The notes beneath the pieces are model-generated. The model made no database searches. It was not told the origin of the DNA and saw only the letters and a program-made list of their open reading frames with translations. A program made the position numbers and the translations under genes. Positions 24,544-33,838 of a DNA stretch of 40,000 bases are shown one piece after another (position 1 is the stretch's first letter; each line of letters opens with the position of its first letter). Source of the stretch: Chloroflexota bacterium (GTDB taxonomy: Bacteria; Chloroflexota; Anaerolineae; UBA4142; SHND01). The DNA lies in the NCBI GenBank assembly GCA_004295045.1, contig SHND01000030.1:110223-150222 (forward strand). Reading direction: 5' to 3'.

Positions 24544-26769
24544 TTATTTGAATTGAATCGAGCCGATGGCGATGCTCTCCGGCAACGCAGTTTGAATGAG
24601 GCGCAGTCGTGACAAAATTTCAGGCGAATTGTTGGGCGCGGCAAATTGAATCAAATAATCTTGCCAACCCGGTGCGAGCTCCAAAATGGATTCGGCATTT
24701 TTACCCAAGTCCACACGCAATGTATTTGGCGATCCATCCGACAACGCGCGCAGCTCGAGTTGCTTTGAACTTGGCGCGTCAAAAAAAAATTCGCTCGTTG
24801 TGCCTTTGAGGTAACGCCCTTGCTCCTCCGCCTGATCCGCCAACGGTTCGGTCTGCCAGCCGCGTCCAAGATACATCAAATTTGCATTGTTCGCCAAATC
24901 CAAGTTGCTCACATTGACGTTGTGTGACGGAGCCGCGAGTTGATAACCGGTGACGGAATCATCTTGGTAAAACATAGTGGCATTCAACACATTGCGCAAA
25001 TACGCGTCAATTTCCGCGACGCGTGCGGCGTCCAGCTGGTCGCGATGCACCAGCGCGTAGCGCAGATTAAAGAACTGTAGTGTGTCATCCAATGCCGCGC
25101 GGTCTTGCGCAATTTCTTGTTCGGTGAGAATTCCTTTTTCAGCGCCTTCGAGAATTCGCAAACTGCGTACCACAATCGGCGTCTGCCGCAAATTGAAATA
25201 GTCGGCGAGGTCGGGCGCGATGCGGTTCGTGTAGGCGCGCAAGATTCGTTTCTGATGAATGGCTTGATACGCTTCGTTCTTTGCCGCGTGACGCCAATTG
25301 AAGCTTGGAATCTCGAGGATACTGAAATCGCCGCGCGTTTGGGCGATTTGTTCGTACACCGGCGGCACGCGAAATTCGAGCGTGGGATATGGAAACACGA
25401 CGGCTTCGAGCAATACAAGCGCGACGAGCGGAATAAAGAGCCAGCGCCGCCATGCAAGCAGAATCAGCGTCCCCGCGCCCGCGAGCACAGACGCGCCAAA
25501 AAAGACCATCAAGCCATAGCGCATTGGAATGCGGATGTGATTCAAAATTGGAATGTTATTGACGAGCGCAAAGGGGAGTGGAATGTTCGTGTTCGCACCC
25601 GCAAAGTGGAGGACGGGACCGAGCGAAAGAATGGCAAATACCAGCGTGAGCAAAATCCAAAACAACAGCTTGCGCCGAAAGCGAATTGCTCCAAGCAATG
25701 CGAGAGCGAGTACCGTAATGCCGAGAAACGATTGGCGGTCAGGTGATAATTCCGACTCGCCTTCGGTTTGAACGGAAGCATTTACGCCCTCGACGCGCGG
25801 CGCGATATTTTGATAAAGCGTACTGCGGGCATTGGGCAGCACGAACGAAAGTGCGTCATACGAACGGTCGGCAGAATATTTGAGGGGATAGACGCGAATA
25901 TAGTTTCCGCCTTCAATCGCAAAATCATTGAGAATGAGACCGAGCATTGGCAGTGACAAAATACCTGCCACAGCGAGTATGATGAGCCATCGCGCATAGG
26001 GCGCTGTCGTATCCTCGCGCACGCGCAGCGCGTCATGCACTTGCGAATAATTTTTCAACGCGCGCACCCCGCGCGGAATCAAAACGTACAAAAACCAAAG
26101 CGCCGTCAAAATCGCAAGGAACGCCGCAATCTGAAAATCAACATACACATTCAACGCAAAAAAGAAACCTGCAAGGATGGCATTTTTCCAGCCGACGTTG
26201 CGAGTTGCCCGCAGCAAAAAGAGTATATAAAAGGGAATAAATTCGGTGTGAAATAAATTCGTGAACGCGAGTCCATATCCGAGGCGTAACGCACTGAACG
26301 CGAAAATTAGACCAACGACGAACGACGAACGACGAACGAAAAGTGGCTCTCTCCTTGGTCCGTTGTCATTCGTCAACACTTCTTTGCCCAACAGATACAT
26401 CCCGTACGCGGTCAGCACGCTCGCCGCGAGATACATCGCATTAAAAGCCGGCACCAAGCCGAACGCGAGCTGCAGCGGCAGGGAGGCGAAACTTGGCAGC
26501 GCCGTGCCCCAGAGCAATTGCGTTGCGCCGCCGAGAGGATAAAAAATATAATCGGTGTGGAAGGAGTTGACGCCCAAGTCCAAGAGGGACGCGCGTGCCC
26601 AGCCCATCGCCCACAAATAACTCCACACATCGCCGTCCACGCCCGCAATGTGATCGCCGAACTGCGGGGCGAGTGGAAAACTCAGCGCGAGCGCGATGAG
26701 CGTATACGCTGCAAGCACAATCGGATGTTCGAGGCGCGAGAAACGCGAAACGGCAGAGGAACGCGACAT
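24544..26769 (-). CDS. Large polytopic membrane protein, putative GT-C-type glycosyltransferase
   Basis: 741 aa. At least 10 TM helices in the first ~480 aa, then a soluble C-terminal domain. The function call is fold-level inference only. Confidence 0.55.
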   Translation of the reverse strand: MSRSSAVSRFSRLEHPIVLAAYTLIALALSFPLAPQFGDHIAGVDGDVWSYLWAMGWARASLLDLGVNSFHTDYIFYPLGGATQLLWGTALPSFASLPLQLAFGLVPAFNAMYLAASVLTAYGMYLLGKEVLTNDNGPRREPLFVRRSSFVVGLIFAFSALRLGYGLAFTNLFHTEFIPFYILFLLRATRNVGWKNAILAGFFFALNVYVDFQIAAFLAILTALWFLYVLIPRGVRALKNYSQVHDALRVREDTTAPYARWLIILAVAGILSLPMLGLILNDFAIEGGNYIRVYPLKYSADRSYDALSFVLPNARSTLYQNIAPRVEGVNASVQTEGESELSPDRQSFLGITVLALALLGAIRFRRKLLFWILLTLVFAILSLGPVLHFAGANTNIPLPFALVNNIPILNHIRIPMRYGLMVFFGASVLAGAGTLILLAWRRWLFIPLVALVLLEAVVFPYPTLEFRVPPVYEQIAQTRGDFSILEIPSFNWRHAAKNEAYQAIHQKRILRAYTNRIAPDLADYFNLRQTPIVVRSLRILEGAEKGILTEQEIAQDRAALDDTLQFFNLRYALVHRDQLDAARVAEIDAYLRNVLNATMFYQDDSVTGYQLAAPSHNVNVSNLDLANNANLMYLGRGWQTEPLADQAEEQGRYLKGTTSEFFFDAPSSKQLELRALSDGSPNTLRVDLGKNAESILELAPGWQDYLIQFAAPNNSPEILSRLRLIQTALPESIAIGSIQFK
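26311..26338. repeat. Heptanucleotide tandem repeat (ACGAACG-like, ~4 copies) inside the membrane protein gene
   Basis: accaacg acgaacg acgaacg acgaacg. Encodes FVRRSSFVVG on the minus strand. Confidence 0.75.
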
Positions 26770-27500
26770 TACGAGGATTCTTGGGAAGCGGAGATAGTGT
26801 GCGCCGCAAGCTGACGAACGGCGGTGGCGACCTGATAAATTTCCTCAATGCATAGATTCGCATCAGCGGGACATTCGATGTTTGCACTGTGCGCGGCAGG
26901 ATCGAGAAAGCGGCGCGCGGGTTGGACGGATGGGTCCCCATTCGGCGGCAACAACAAAATCGTGCGGATGCTCAATTCCCGTGCAGTCGCTAAATTGCGC
27001 GCGGAATCTTCAACCAAAATGCTTTCCTCGCCGCGCACGCCGAGCGCATTCAACACGCGCTCGTATGCGCCGCGCGCGGGCTTGCATTCAAATTCCATGA
27101 AAACGATGTCAAAGATGCGCGTGAACTGGTCGGCGATACCGAGTCGCGTGAGGACGCGTCGCGCGTGCGGCGCGTCGGCGTTCGTAACGATCACTTTTTC
27201 GTACGGCAGCGCCGCGAGAATTTGATGTAAACGTTCATCCGGCTCGATAAATTGCGCAACATCCACATCATGCACAAAATCCAAATAATCTTGCGGATCC
27301 ACTTCGCGTTCCATCATCAAGCCGCGTAACGTGGTGCCGTATTCATGCCAATAGCGTTTTTGTAATTCATGCGCGCGTTCGGGGTCGAGATTGTAACGCT
27401 GTTCTAAATACAAACGCATTCGTTCTCCGACAGCGGGCATCAAGCCGCTGGTCGCAGGATAAAGCGTTTCGTCGAGATCAAAAAAAAGATATTTCAACAT
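26769..27500 (-). CDS. HAD-family hydrolase (pyrimidine 5'-nucleotidase-like)
   Basis: FFDLDETLY motif I with HAD cap and core organisation. Confidence 0.8.
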   Translation of the reverse strand: MLKYLFFDLDETLYPATSGLMPAVGERMRLYLEQRYNLDPERAHELQKRYWHEYGTTLRGLMMEREVDPQDYLDFVHDVDVAQFIEPDERLHQILAALPYEKVIVTNADAPHARRVLTRLGIADQFTRIFDIVFMEFECKPARGAYERVLNALGVRGEESILVEDSARNLATARELSIRTILLLPPNGDPSVQPARRFLDPAAHSANIECPADANLCIEEIYQVATAVRQLAAHTISASQESS

Positions 27501-27502
27501 GG

Positions 27503-28513
27503 TCAGGCATCTTTCAAAATGGAGGCAAGCCGCGCCACATCAATGTTCGCACCGCTGATGACGAGGGCGACGCGTTTGTTTTTGAATCGCTGCGCGTTTT
27601 CAATCAATGCCGCGAATCCCACCGCGCCCGCACCTTCGACAATCATTTGCTCATCCCGCGCGAACAATGCAACCGCGTTCTCCACCGCGCCTTCGCTCAC
27701 GATCAACACATCGTCAATCCATTTTCGCATTGCAACGTCGAAAACGATTTGCCCGATGCCGCCCGCGAGTCCGTCACAGATCGTCGGCGCGGCGGCATAT
27801 TCCTCGTAACACACCTTGTCGCGCAGCGAGTCGCGCAGGGAGGGCGACGCGTCCGGCTGCACGCCAATGAGTTGGATGTTTGGCGCGAGTTGTTTCAACA
27901 CCACCGCGATGCCCGAAATCAAGCCGCCTCCACCAACGGGCGCCAGCACGCAATCCAAATCTTGTGCGTCTTGCAAAATTTCCAGCGCAACGGTTCCCGC
28001 GCCCGCGACGGTCCGCGCATCATCATACGCGTGAACAAAGGTGGCGTTGTGCGCGCGTTCGTACTCGACCGCCGCGTGATGAGCGTCGTCGTACGTTTCG
28101 CCAACCTCGTGGACATTCACACCAAAGCGTTTCATCTTGTTCACTTTGGCGCGGGGTGTCGTCGTTGGCACAAAGATATGCGCGTTCGGAATCTTTAATT
28201 GCTGCGCCGCGTAACCAACTGCCGAACCGTGATTGCCCGCAGAAGCAGCGACAAGTCCGCGTGCGATTTCCTTTTCGGATAATTCTTGGAGCAGATTGAA
28301 TGCGCCGCGCACTTTGAACGAACCTGTCGGCTGCCAGTTCTCCAATTTCAAAAAAACGTCCGCGTCGAATTGTTCGGAATAGGCAGCCGAGCGGCGTAAC
28401 GGCGTTCGCAAAATGTGCGGACGAATCCGCGCGTGCGCTTGTAAAACTTCTTGTACTGTAGGGGGACGCTGAAGCATAGAATGCAATTGTATCTGACGCG
28501 CAATCAATTTCAA
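27503..28513 (-). CDS. Threonine/serine dehydratase (PLP fold type II)
   Basis: PTGSFKVRGA (PLP lysine) and SAGNHG motifs. 336 aa with no ACT domain. Confidence 0.85.
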   Translation of the reverse strand: MKLIARQIQLHSMLQRPPTVQEVLQAHARIRPHILRTPLRRSAAYSEQFDADVFLKLENWQPTGSFKVRGAFNLLQELSEKEIARGLVAASAGNHGSAVGYAAQQLKIPNAHIFVPTTTPRAKVNKMKRFGVNVHEVGETYDDAHHAAVEYERAHNATFVHAYDDARTVAGAGTVALEILQDAQDLDCVLAPVGGGGLISGIAVVLKQLAPNIQLIGVQPDASPSLRDSLRDKVCYEEYAAAPTICDGLAGGIGQIVFDVAMRKWIDDVLIVSEGAVENAVALFARDEQMIVEGAGAVGFAALIENAQRFKNKRVALVISGANIDVARLASILKDA

Positions 28514-28654
28514 AAATTATGAAATTCAAGATTCGTTTTCAGCGTTGCCTGCAAATGACTTGACGACATTGCCGTCATTCTGAACGGAGCATCGAAATTG
28601 TTTGTGGTAAAATCTTGTGCGGCTCGCGCCAACCTCTGTTGCGGTCAAATTTTC

Positions 28655-30433
28655 ATGCCCATCCGAATTCTGTCCGATGATCTCGCCTCCAAAATTGCGG
28701 CAGGCGAAGTAATTGAGCGCCCCGCCTCTGTCGTCAAGGAGCTTGTCGAAAACGCGCTTGACGCGCGCGCGCGCGATATTCGACTCGAAGTGCGCGGCGG
28801 CGGACAACGGCTCATTCGCGTCGCCGATGATGGCAGCGGAATTCCTCACGACGATGTCCCGACTGCTTTTGCGCGGCATGGCACAAGCAAATTGCAGTCC
28901 GCGGAGGAACTATATGCCATTCAAACGCTGGGCTTTCGCGGCGAAGCGCTGCCGAGTGTTGCCGCCGTCGCGCGCGTAACGATGATTACGCGCAGCGCGG
29001 AGGAAGCGAACGGCACGATTTACAAGACAGAAAACGCGCAGACGCTCCTTTATCAACCGCACGGCGCGCCGCGCGGCACCGTCATCACCGTCGAAGATTT
29101 ATTTCGCAATGTTCCCGCGCGTTTGAAATTTCTCAAATCGCCCGGCGCCGAAAGCGCGCACATCGCGGAACTTGTACACGCGTACGCGCTCGCGTATCCG
29201 CAGGTGCGTTTCTCTCTCGTCAACGACGGCAAGTTGATGTTTCAAACGGCGGGCAGTGGGAAATTGAGTGACGTGTTGGTTAAAGTGTTTGGCGCGGAGA
29301 CGGCAAGAGAGATGATTGAGATATCGGGGGATGGAGGTCAGGGGATAGGGGATGGAGTTGAAATATTCTCCACTGTCCCCCAACCTTCGTCTCCCGACCT
29401 CCATGGCTACATCACCCCCCCCTCCATCCACCGCGGCACCCGACGCATGCAATATCTGTTTGTGAATGGGCGCTGGGTTGAGGATCGTTCCATTACGCAC
29501 GCTGTTACGGAAGCGTATCATACGCTATTGATGGTTGGAAGATTTCCGCTGTTTGTATTGAATTTGCAGCTGCCGCCAGACGCGGTGGATGTGAATGTGC
29601 ATCCGACGAAAATGCAAGTGCGATTCCGCGAACCGAACGAAATTTTTCGCGTGGTGCAGCGTACGGTCCGCCGCGCGCTCAACGAAAAATTTCCGATGCC
29701 GACGATTCAGATTGCAGACGACAGACGGCAGACGACAGACGACAGACAACCCACAACATTTGGTTCGCCAACGCATGCCGCGCTCAATCTCATTCCGCCC
29801 ACGAACGGACAACAGACATCTTTTTCCGACTCAGCCCTCAGCCCTCAGCCCTCATCCCTTCCGATCCTCCGCGTTCTGGGACAAATTTTTTCGACGTACA
29901 TTATTTGCGAAGGACCCGATGGTTTGTATCTGGTTGACCAACATGCCGCGCACGAACGTGTGTTGTACGAAAAATGGATGAGTGAACGCGCAATCAGTAC
30001 GGCAAATCAAATTTTACTTGAACCCGTTACCATCGAATTATTCCCCGCGCAGTTTGCGGTGTACGAAAACGAACGCGAAAATTTGGAGTGCGCGGGGTTT
30101 CAAATCGAACCGTTCGGCGGCTCTACAATCCTCGTGCGCGCGATCCCCGAAATTTTGAAAAAGCAAGAACCGCGCAAAACGTTTTTGGAAATTTTGGAAA
30201 TGACCGATGAGGGCGGCAATCCAATCCAAGCGGAAGCCGAAGCGCGATTGATCATGAGCATTTGCAAAGGCGCGGCAATCAAAGGCGGACAAGTCATGTC
30301 GCTCGAAGAAATGCGCGCGCTGATTCGTGATTTGGAAAAATGTACGTCGCCGCGTACCTGCCCGCACGGACGCCCGACGATGATTTTGATGAATGTGGGA
30401 ATGTTGGAGAGAGAGTTTGGGCGGAGAGGGTAG
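28655..30433 (+). CDS. mutL: DNA mismatch repair protein MutL
   Basis: Start moved to ATG 28655 (MPIRILSDDLASKIAAGEVIERPASVVKELVENALDA). C-terminal QHAAHERV and CPHGRP motifs. Confidence 0.9.
   Translation: MPIRILSDDLASKIAAGEVIERPASVVKELVENALDARARDIRLEVRGGGQRLIRVADDGSGIPHDDVPTAFARHGTSKLQSAEELYAIQTLGFRGEALPSVAAVARVTMITRSAEEANGTIYKTENAQTLLYQPHGAPRGTVITVEDLFRNVPARLKFLKSPGAESAHIAELVHAYALAYPQVRFSLVNDGKLMFQTAGSGKLSDVLVKVFGAETAREMIEISGDGGQGIGDGVEIFSTVPQPSSPDLHGYITPPSIHRGTRRMQYLFVNGRWVEDRSITHAVTEAYHTLLMVGRFPLFVLNLQLPPDAVDVNVHPTKMQVRFREPNEIFRVVQRTVRRALNEKFPMPTIQIADDRRQTTDDRQPTTFGSPTHAALNLIPPTNGQQTSFSDSALSPQPSSLPILRVLGQIFSTYIICEGPDGLYLVDQHAAHERVLYEKWMSERAISTANQILLEPVTIELFPAQFAVYENERENLECAGFQIEPFGGSTILVRAIPEILKKQEPRKTFLEILEMTDEGGNPIQAEAEARLIMSICKGAAIKGGQVMSLEEMRALIRDLEKCTSPRTCPHGRPTMILMNVGMLEREFGRRG
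29717..29751. repeat. Heptanucleotide tandem repeat GACGACA x5 inside the mutL linker
   Basis: gacgaca gacggca gacgaca gacgaca gacaacc. Encodes DDRRQTTDDRQP. Confidence 0.85.
29830..29857. repeat. Heptanucleotide tandem repeat CTCAGCC x4 inside the mutL linker
   Basis: ctcagcc x3 followed by ctcatcc. Confidence 0.8.
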
Positions 30434-30440
30434 TGCGAGG

Positions 30441-30469
30441 GTAGGGGATGGGAGATGGGGGATAGGGGA
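30441..30469. repeat. TAGGGGA-type heptamer array; left arm of a 15-bp perfect inverted repeat
   Basis: GTAGGGGATGGGAGA at 30441-30455 is the exact reverse complement of 30867-30881. Heptamers tagggga tgggaga tggggga tagggga. Confidence 0.85.
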
Positions 30470-30489
30470 ACAAGGAAAATACGCTGAGT

Positions 30490-30855
30490 GTGAAAAATTA
30501 TCGGGACCTGCGGGTTTGGCAAAGCGGAATGGATTTGGTCGTGTTGGTTTATGAGATTAGCGAAAAATTTCCATCGAAAGAAATGTATGGGTTGACAAGT
30601 CAGATTCGGCGAGCGGCAGTCTCCGTGCCATCAAACATCGCGGAAGGACATACGCGCGAATCTACGAAAGAATATCTGCATCATCTGTCTATCGCACATG
30701 CCTCACTCGCGGAGGTAGAAACCCAAATCGAAATCGCATTTCGATTAACCTACTGCAATCAAGAGGGACGAGATCGAGTGCTTGCACATGCGATGGCGCT
30801 CGGCAAACAACTTTATTCACTCTGTAACGCATTACACGCGAGGAACCAAGAATGA
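30490..30855 (+). CDS. Four-helix-bundle protein (23S rRNA intervening-sequence protein family)
   Basis: GTG start. YRDLRVWQ...LTSQIRRAAVSVPSNIAEG...L..A..SL.E, typical of this family. Confidence 0.85.
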   Translation: MKNYRDLRVWQSGMDLVVLVYEISEKFPSKEMYGLTSQIRRAAVSVPSNIAEGHTRESTKEYLHHLSIAHASLAEVETQIEIAFRLTYCNQEGRDRVLAHAMALGKQLYSLCNALHARNQE

Positions 30856-31847
30856 TAACGAACCAGTCTCCCATCCCCTACTCCCTGCCCCCTACCCCCA
30901 TGCTCCCTGCTCGTGTTGAGCCAAAAATAAAATTCGGCTATCTCGGTGTGCCGTACGACGCGGCAACGTCCATCGGCAACCCCGGTGCGCGTTTTGGACC
31001 TGCTGCGCTGCGCGAACAGTTTCGCGCGCTCCTCGCCAAACGCGTCGTGGACGGTCAAGTTGTTGACATGGATCGCGGCGAAATGGTGGATTTGTCCGAC
31101 GTTGAGGTTGCGGATTTCGGCGATGTCGCGCTTTCGTTTTATGACCAGCACAAAGCGATTGATCAAGTGACTGCCGCGACACGCGCAATAATTGACGCGG
31201 GCCATATTCCGCTCATCGTCGGCGGCGACCACGGCGTCACGTATCCCGCGTTCCGCGCGCTGCACGATGCGACGCGCGGCAATCTCGGACTGATTCAACT
31301 CGACGCGCACTGCGACATGTTGGACTTTAGCGAAAAGCAAGGCGCGATTTCGGGAAGCAGCGGTATGGCGCGTTCGTTGGAACTCGGACGCCTGTTGGGC
31401 AAAAATATGGTGCAGGTTGGCTTGCGCGGTTACGCGACGTCGCAGCAGTGGGGTGTTGGCGTCAAGTACGGCGTGCGGCGAATTCTCGCGCCCGAGTTTG
31501 AAGAGATGGGCGCAATCGAAGCGGCGAAACAATCGCTCGCGTGGGCGCGCGCAGGCACAGAAAAAATTTATCTCACCGTTGACATTGACGCGTTGAATCC
31601 GGGCGAAGCGCCCGGCACCGGTTGGGCAGAACCCGGCGGTTTGACGGTGCAGCAGTTGATTGATTTCACGCGTTATCTCGCGCCGCACGTGGACGCGCTC
31701 GATTTGGCAGAATTGAATCCCTTGTTCGACAGCGCGTCGAAACAAACGACGGTGATGTGCGCGCGTTTGTTGTTTGATTTCGTGACGATGAAAGCGCGTG
31801 CCGCAAATTCAGTATCACGCAAACCCAAGTCGCAAAGGAAAAAATAG
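30852..31847 (+). CDS. Arginase-family ureohydrolase (agmatinase/guanidino-acid hydrolase-like)
   Basis: GGDHGV, DAHCD and TVDIDALNP motifs. The first 16 codons are encoded by the heptamer/IR sequence, so ATG 30900 (MLPARVEPK) is an alternative start. Confidence 0.8.
   Translation: MITNQSPIPYSLPPTPMLPARVEPKIKFGYLGVPYDAATSIGNPGARFGPAALREQFRALLAKRVVDGQVVDMDRGEMVDLSDVEVADFGDVALSFYDQHKAIDQVTAATRAIIDAGHIPLIVGGDHGVTYPAFRALHDATRGNLGLIQLDAHCDMLDFSEKQGAISGSSGMARSLELGRLLGKNMVQVGLRGYATSQQWGVGVKYGVRRILAPEFEEMGAIEAAKQSLAWARAGTEKIYLTVDIDALNPGEAPGTGWAEPGGLTVQQLIDFTRYLAPHVDALDLAELNPLFDSASKQTTVMCARLLFDFVTMKARAANSVSRKPKSQRKK
30867..30881. repeat. Right arm of the 15-bp perfect inverted repeat
   Basis: TCTCCCATCCCCTAC, embedded in CCCCTAC-type heptamers at 30866-30900. 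Confidence 0.85.
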
Positions 31848-31849
31848 TT

Positions 31850-32320
31850 TTGTACAATCACGCGCCGAAAAATTACCGCTGTCCGTTTTGTGAGATTACG
31901 CACAGCGTCGAAAAACAAGATAGATTTTCCGTGTTGAGTGATATTGTGTATCAGGATGAATCCGTCACCGCGCTTGTCGCGTCGCATCAATATCCGCGCA
32001 ACACGCCCAACACCCTCGTCTTACCCAACGAACACTATGAAAATATTTTCGAATTGCCGCCCGCGCTCGGCGCGGAAATTCAACGCGTCGCGCAGCAAGT
32101 GGCGTTCGCGCTAAAACACGAGTACAACTGTGACGGCATTTCAACGCGGCAGCATAACGAACCCGCCGGCAGTCAAGACGTTTGGCACTATCATTTGCAC
32201 GTCACGCCGCGTTTTCAAGACGATTGGTTTTACAATCATATTTATCACAAGGTAAAGATGCCAATGGCAGAACGCGCGGAACATGCCGCGCGCATCAAAT
32301 CGTATTTCATGGAGAAGTGA
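31850..32320 (+). CDS. HIT-family protein
   Basis: 156 aa with histidine triad HYHLHV. TTG start 3 nt after the upstream stop. Confidence 0.8.
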   Translation: MYNHAPKNYRCPFCEITHSVEKQDRFSVLSDIVYQDESVTALVASHQYPRNTPNTLVLPNEHYENIFELPPALGAEIQRVAQQVAFALKHEYNCDGISTRQHNEPAGSQDVWHYHLHVTPRFQDDWFYNHIYHKVKMPMAERAEHAARIKSYFMEK

Positions 32321-33745
32321 ATGAGTCAGCATCCTGATTATGTCTCTATCATCAACAATGGATTTGAAAAAACACCGCGTCTGCAAAAAATTATCGTCGT
32401 CGGCGCAGGGATGGCGGGTTTGCCTGCCGCGTACGAATTGAAACGCGCGGGGCATGCGGTCACAGTTCTCGAAGCGCAAAATCGCGTTGGCGGACGTTTG
32501 CAAACGTACCGTGAACCATTCACGCACGGCTTGTACGCCGAAGCGGGCGGAATGCGTTTGCCGAAATCGCACGCGTTGACAATGGCGTATGTGGACAAGT
32601 TCAAATTAAAAACGGCGCCGTTCACGATGGGCAATCCGAATTGTTATGTGTTCATCAACGGCAAAAAAATGCGTTTGTCCGAATTTCGCAAGAACCCGAG
32701 CGTGTTGGGTTTTGAGGTGAATGACAACGAACGCGGCAAAACGGCGGCGGAATTATGGGATCACGCGCTCGAACCGATTGAGAAAAAATTGGAGCGAGAA
32801 GGCGAGAGCGCGTGGGATGAAATTATGCGCGAGTATGACAATGATTCGCTGCGCGAATTTTTGGAAAAGCGCGGCTGGTCGGAAGGTGCGATTGAAATGT
32901 TTGGCTTGTTCGCGGGCTACGAAGCCAGACAGAACGCCTCGTTCATTGACATTATTCGCCCCGAAATCGGTGGCTCGTTCCGCGATTTGGTGGAACTCGC
33001 AGGCGGCGCGGACAATCTGCCCAACGCGTTTTTGCCCGATTTGCAAAGCAATATTCGCTTTGGCGCAAAAGTGATTGCGCTCGACCAATCGCCCGATGGC
33101 GTCACCGTTCACTACAAAACGCGCGCGGGGCGCTTTTCCGAAGCAGGCGATTACGCGATTTTGACGCTGCCGTTTCCGGTGATGCGGCATATCGAAGTGT
33201 TGAAACCATTTTCGACTGCCAAGCAGCGCGCGATTCGCCAAGTCCATTACGACGCGTCAACAAAAGTTTTATTGCAAACACGGCGGCGTTTTTGGGAAGA
33301 GGATGACGGAATTTTTGGCGCGGGCACCGTGACGGATTTGGCGATTCGCAATTTGTATTATCCTGATCACGGCAAAGAAACGGGACGCGGCGTTTTGCTC
33401 GCGAGTTATACGTGGGCGGAGGACGCGCAGCGTTGGGGTTCGCTCGAACCGGAAGACCGCATCGAGCAGGCGATTGAGGACGTGGCAAAAATTCATCCGC
33501 AAATTGTTCAAGAGTTTGAAGTGGGCGCCTCCAAAGTTTGGCACGACGATGAGTTTGCGGGCGGCGCGTTCGCGTTGTTCGAGCCGGGACAATTCACACG
33601 TTTATACAACGCGATCTGTCAGAACGAAGGGCGCTACTATTTCGCTGGCGAACACGCGTCCGTGTATCACCGCTGGATTCAAGGCGCGATTGAATCGGGC
33701 TTGCGTGTGGCGAATGAAATCAACCAGCTGAGTTTGCAAGCGTAA
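32321..33745 (+). CDS. Flavin-containing amine oxidase (L-amino-acid/monoamine oxidase family)
   Basis: VVGAGMAGLPAAYEL...LEA..RVGGR..T dinucleotide-binding motif and C-terminal FAGEH....WIQGA. Starts directly after the HIT stop. Confidence 0.85.
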   Translation: MSQHPDYVSIINNGFEKTPRLQKIIVVGAGMAGLPAAYELKRAGHAVTVLEAQNRVGGRLQTYREPFTHGLYAEAGGMRLPKSHALTMAYVDKFKLKTAPFTMGNPNCYVFINGKKMRLSEFRKNPSVLGFEVNDNERGKTAAELWDHALEPIEKKLEREGESAWDEIMREYDNDSLREFLEKRGWSEGAIEMFGLFAGYEARQNASFIDIIRPEIGGSFRDLVELAGGADNLPNAFLPDLQSNIRFGAKVIALDQSPDGVTVHYKTRAGRFSEAGDYAILTLPFPVMRHIEVLKPFSTAKQRAIRQVHYDASTKVLLQTRRRFWEEDDGIFGAGTVTDLAIRNLYYPDHGKETGRGVLLASYTWAEDAQRWGSLEPEDRIEQAIEDVAKIHPQIVQEFEVGASKVWHDDEFAGGAFALFEPGQFTRLYNAICQNEGRYYFAGEHASVYHRWIQGAIESGLRVANEINQLSLQA

Positions 33746-33838
33746 TCATTGACCCCGGTCATTACAACTTTTGTTATGGGAAATTGAACGCGAATCTACG
33801 CGGATCAAATCCTTTCTGGGAATGTCAATACGCTGCAC

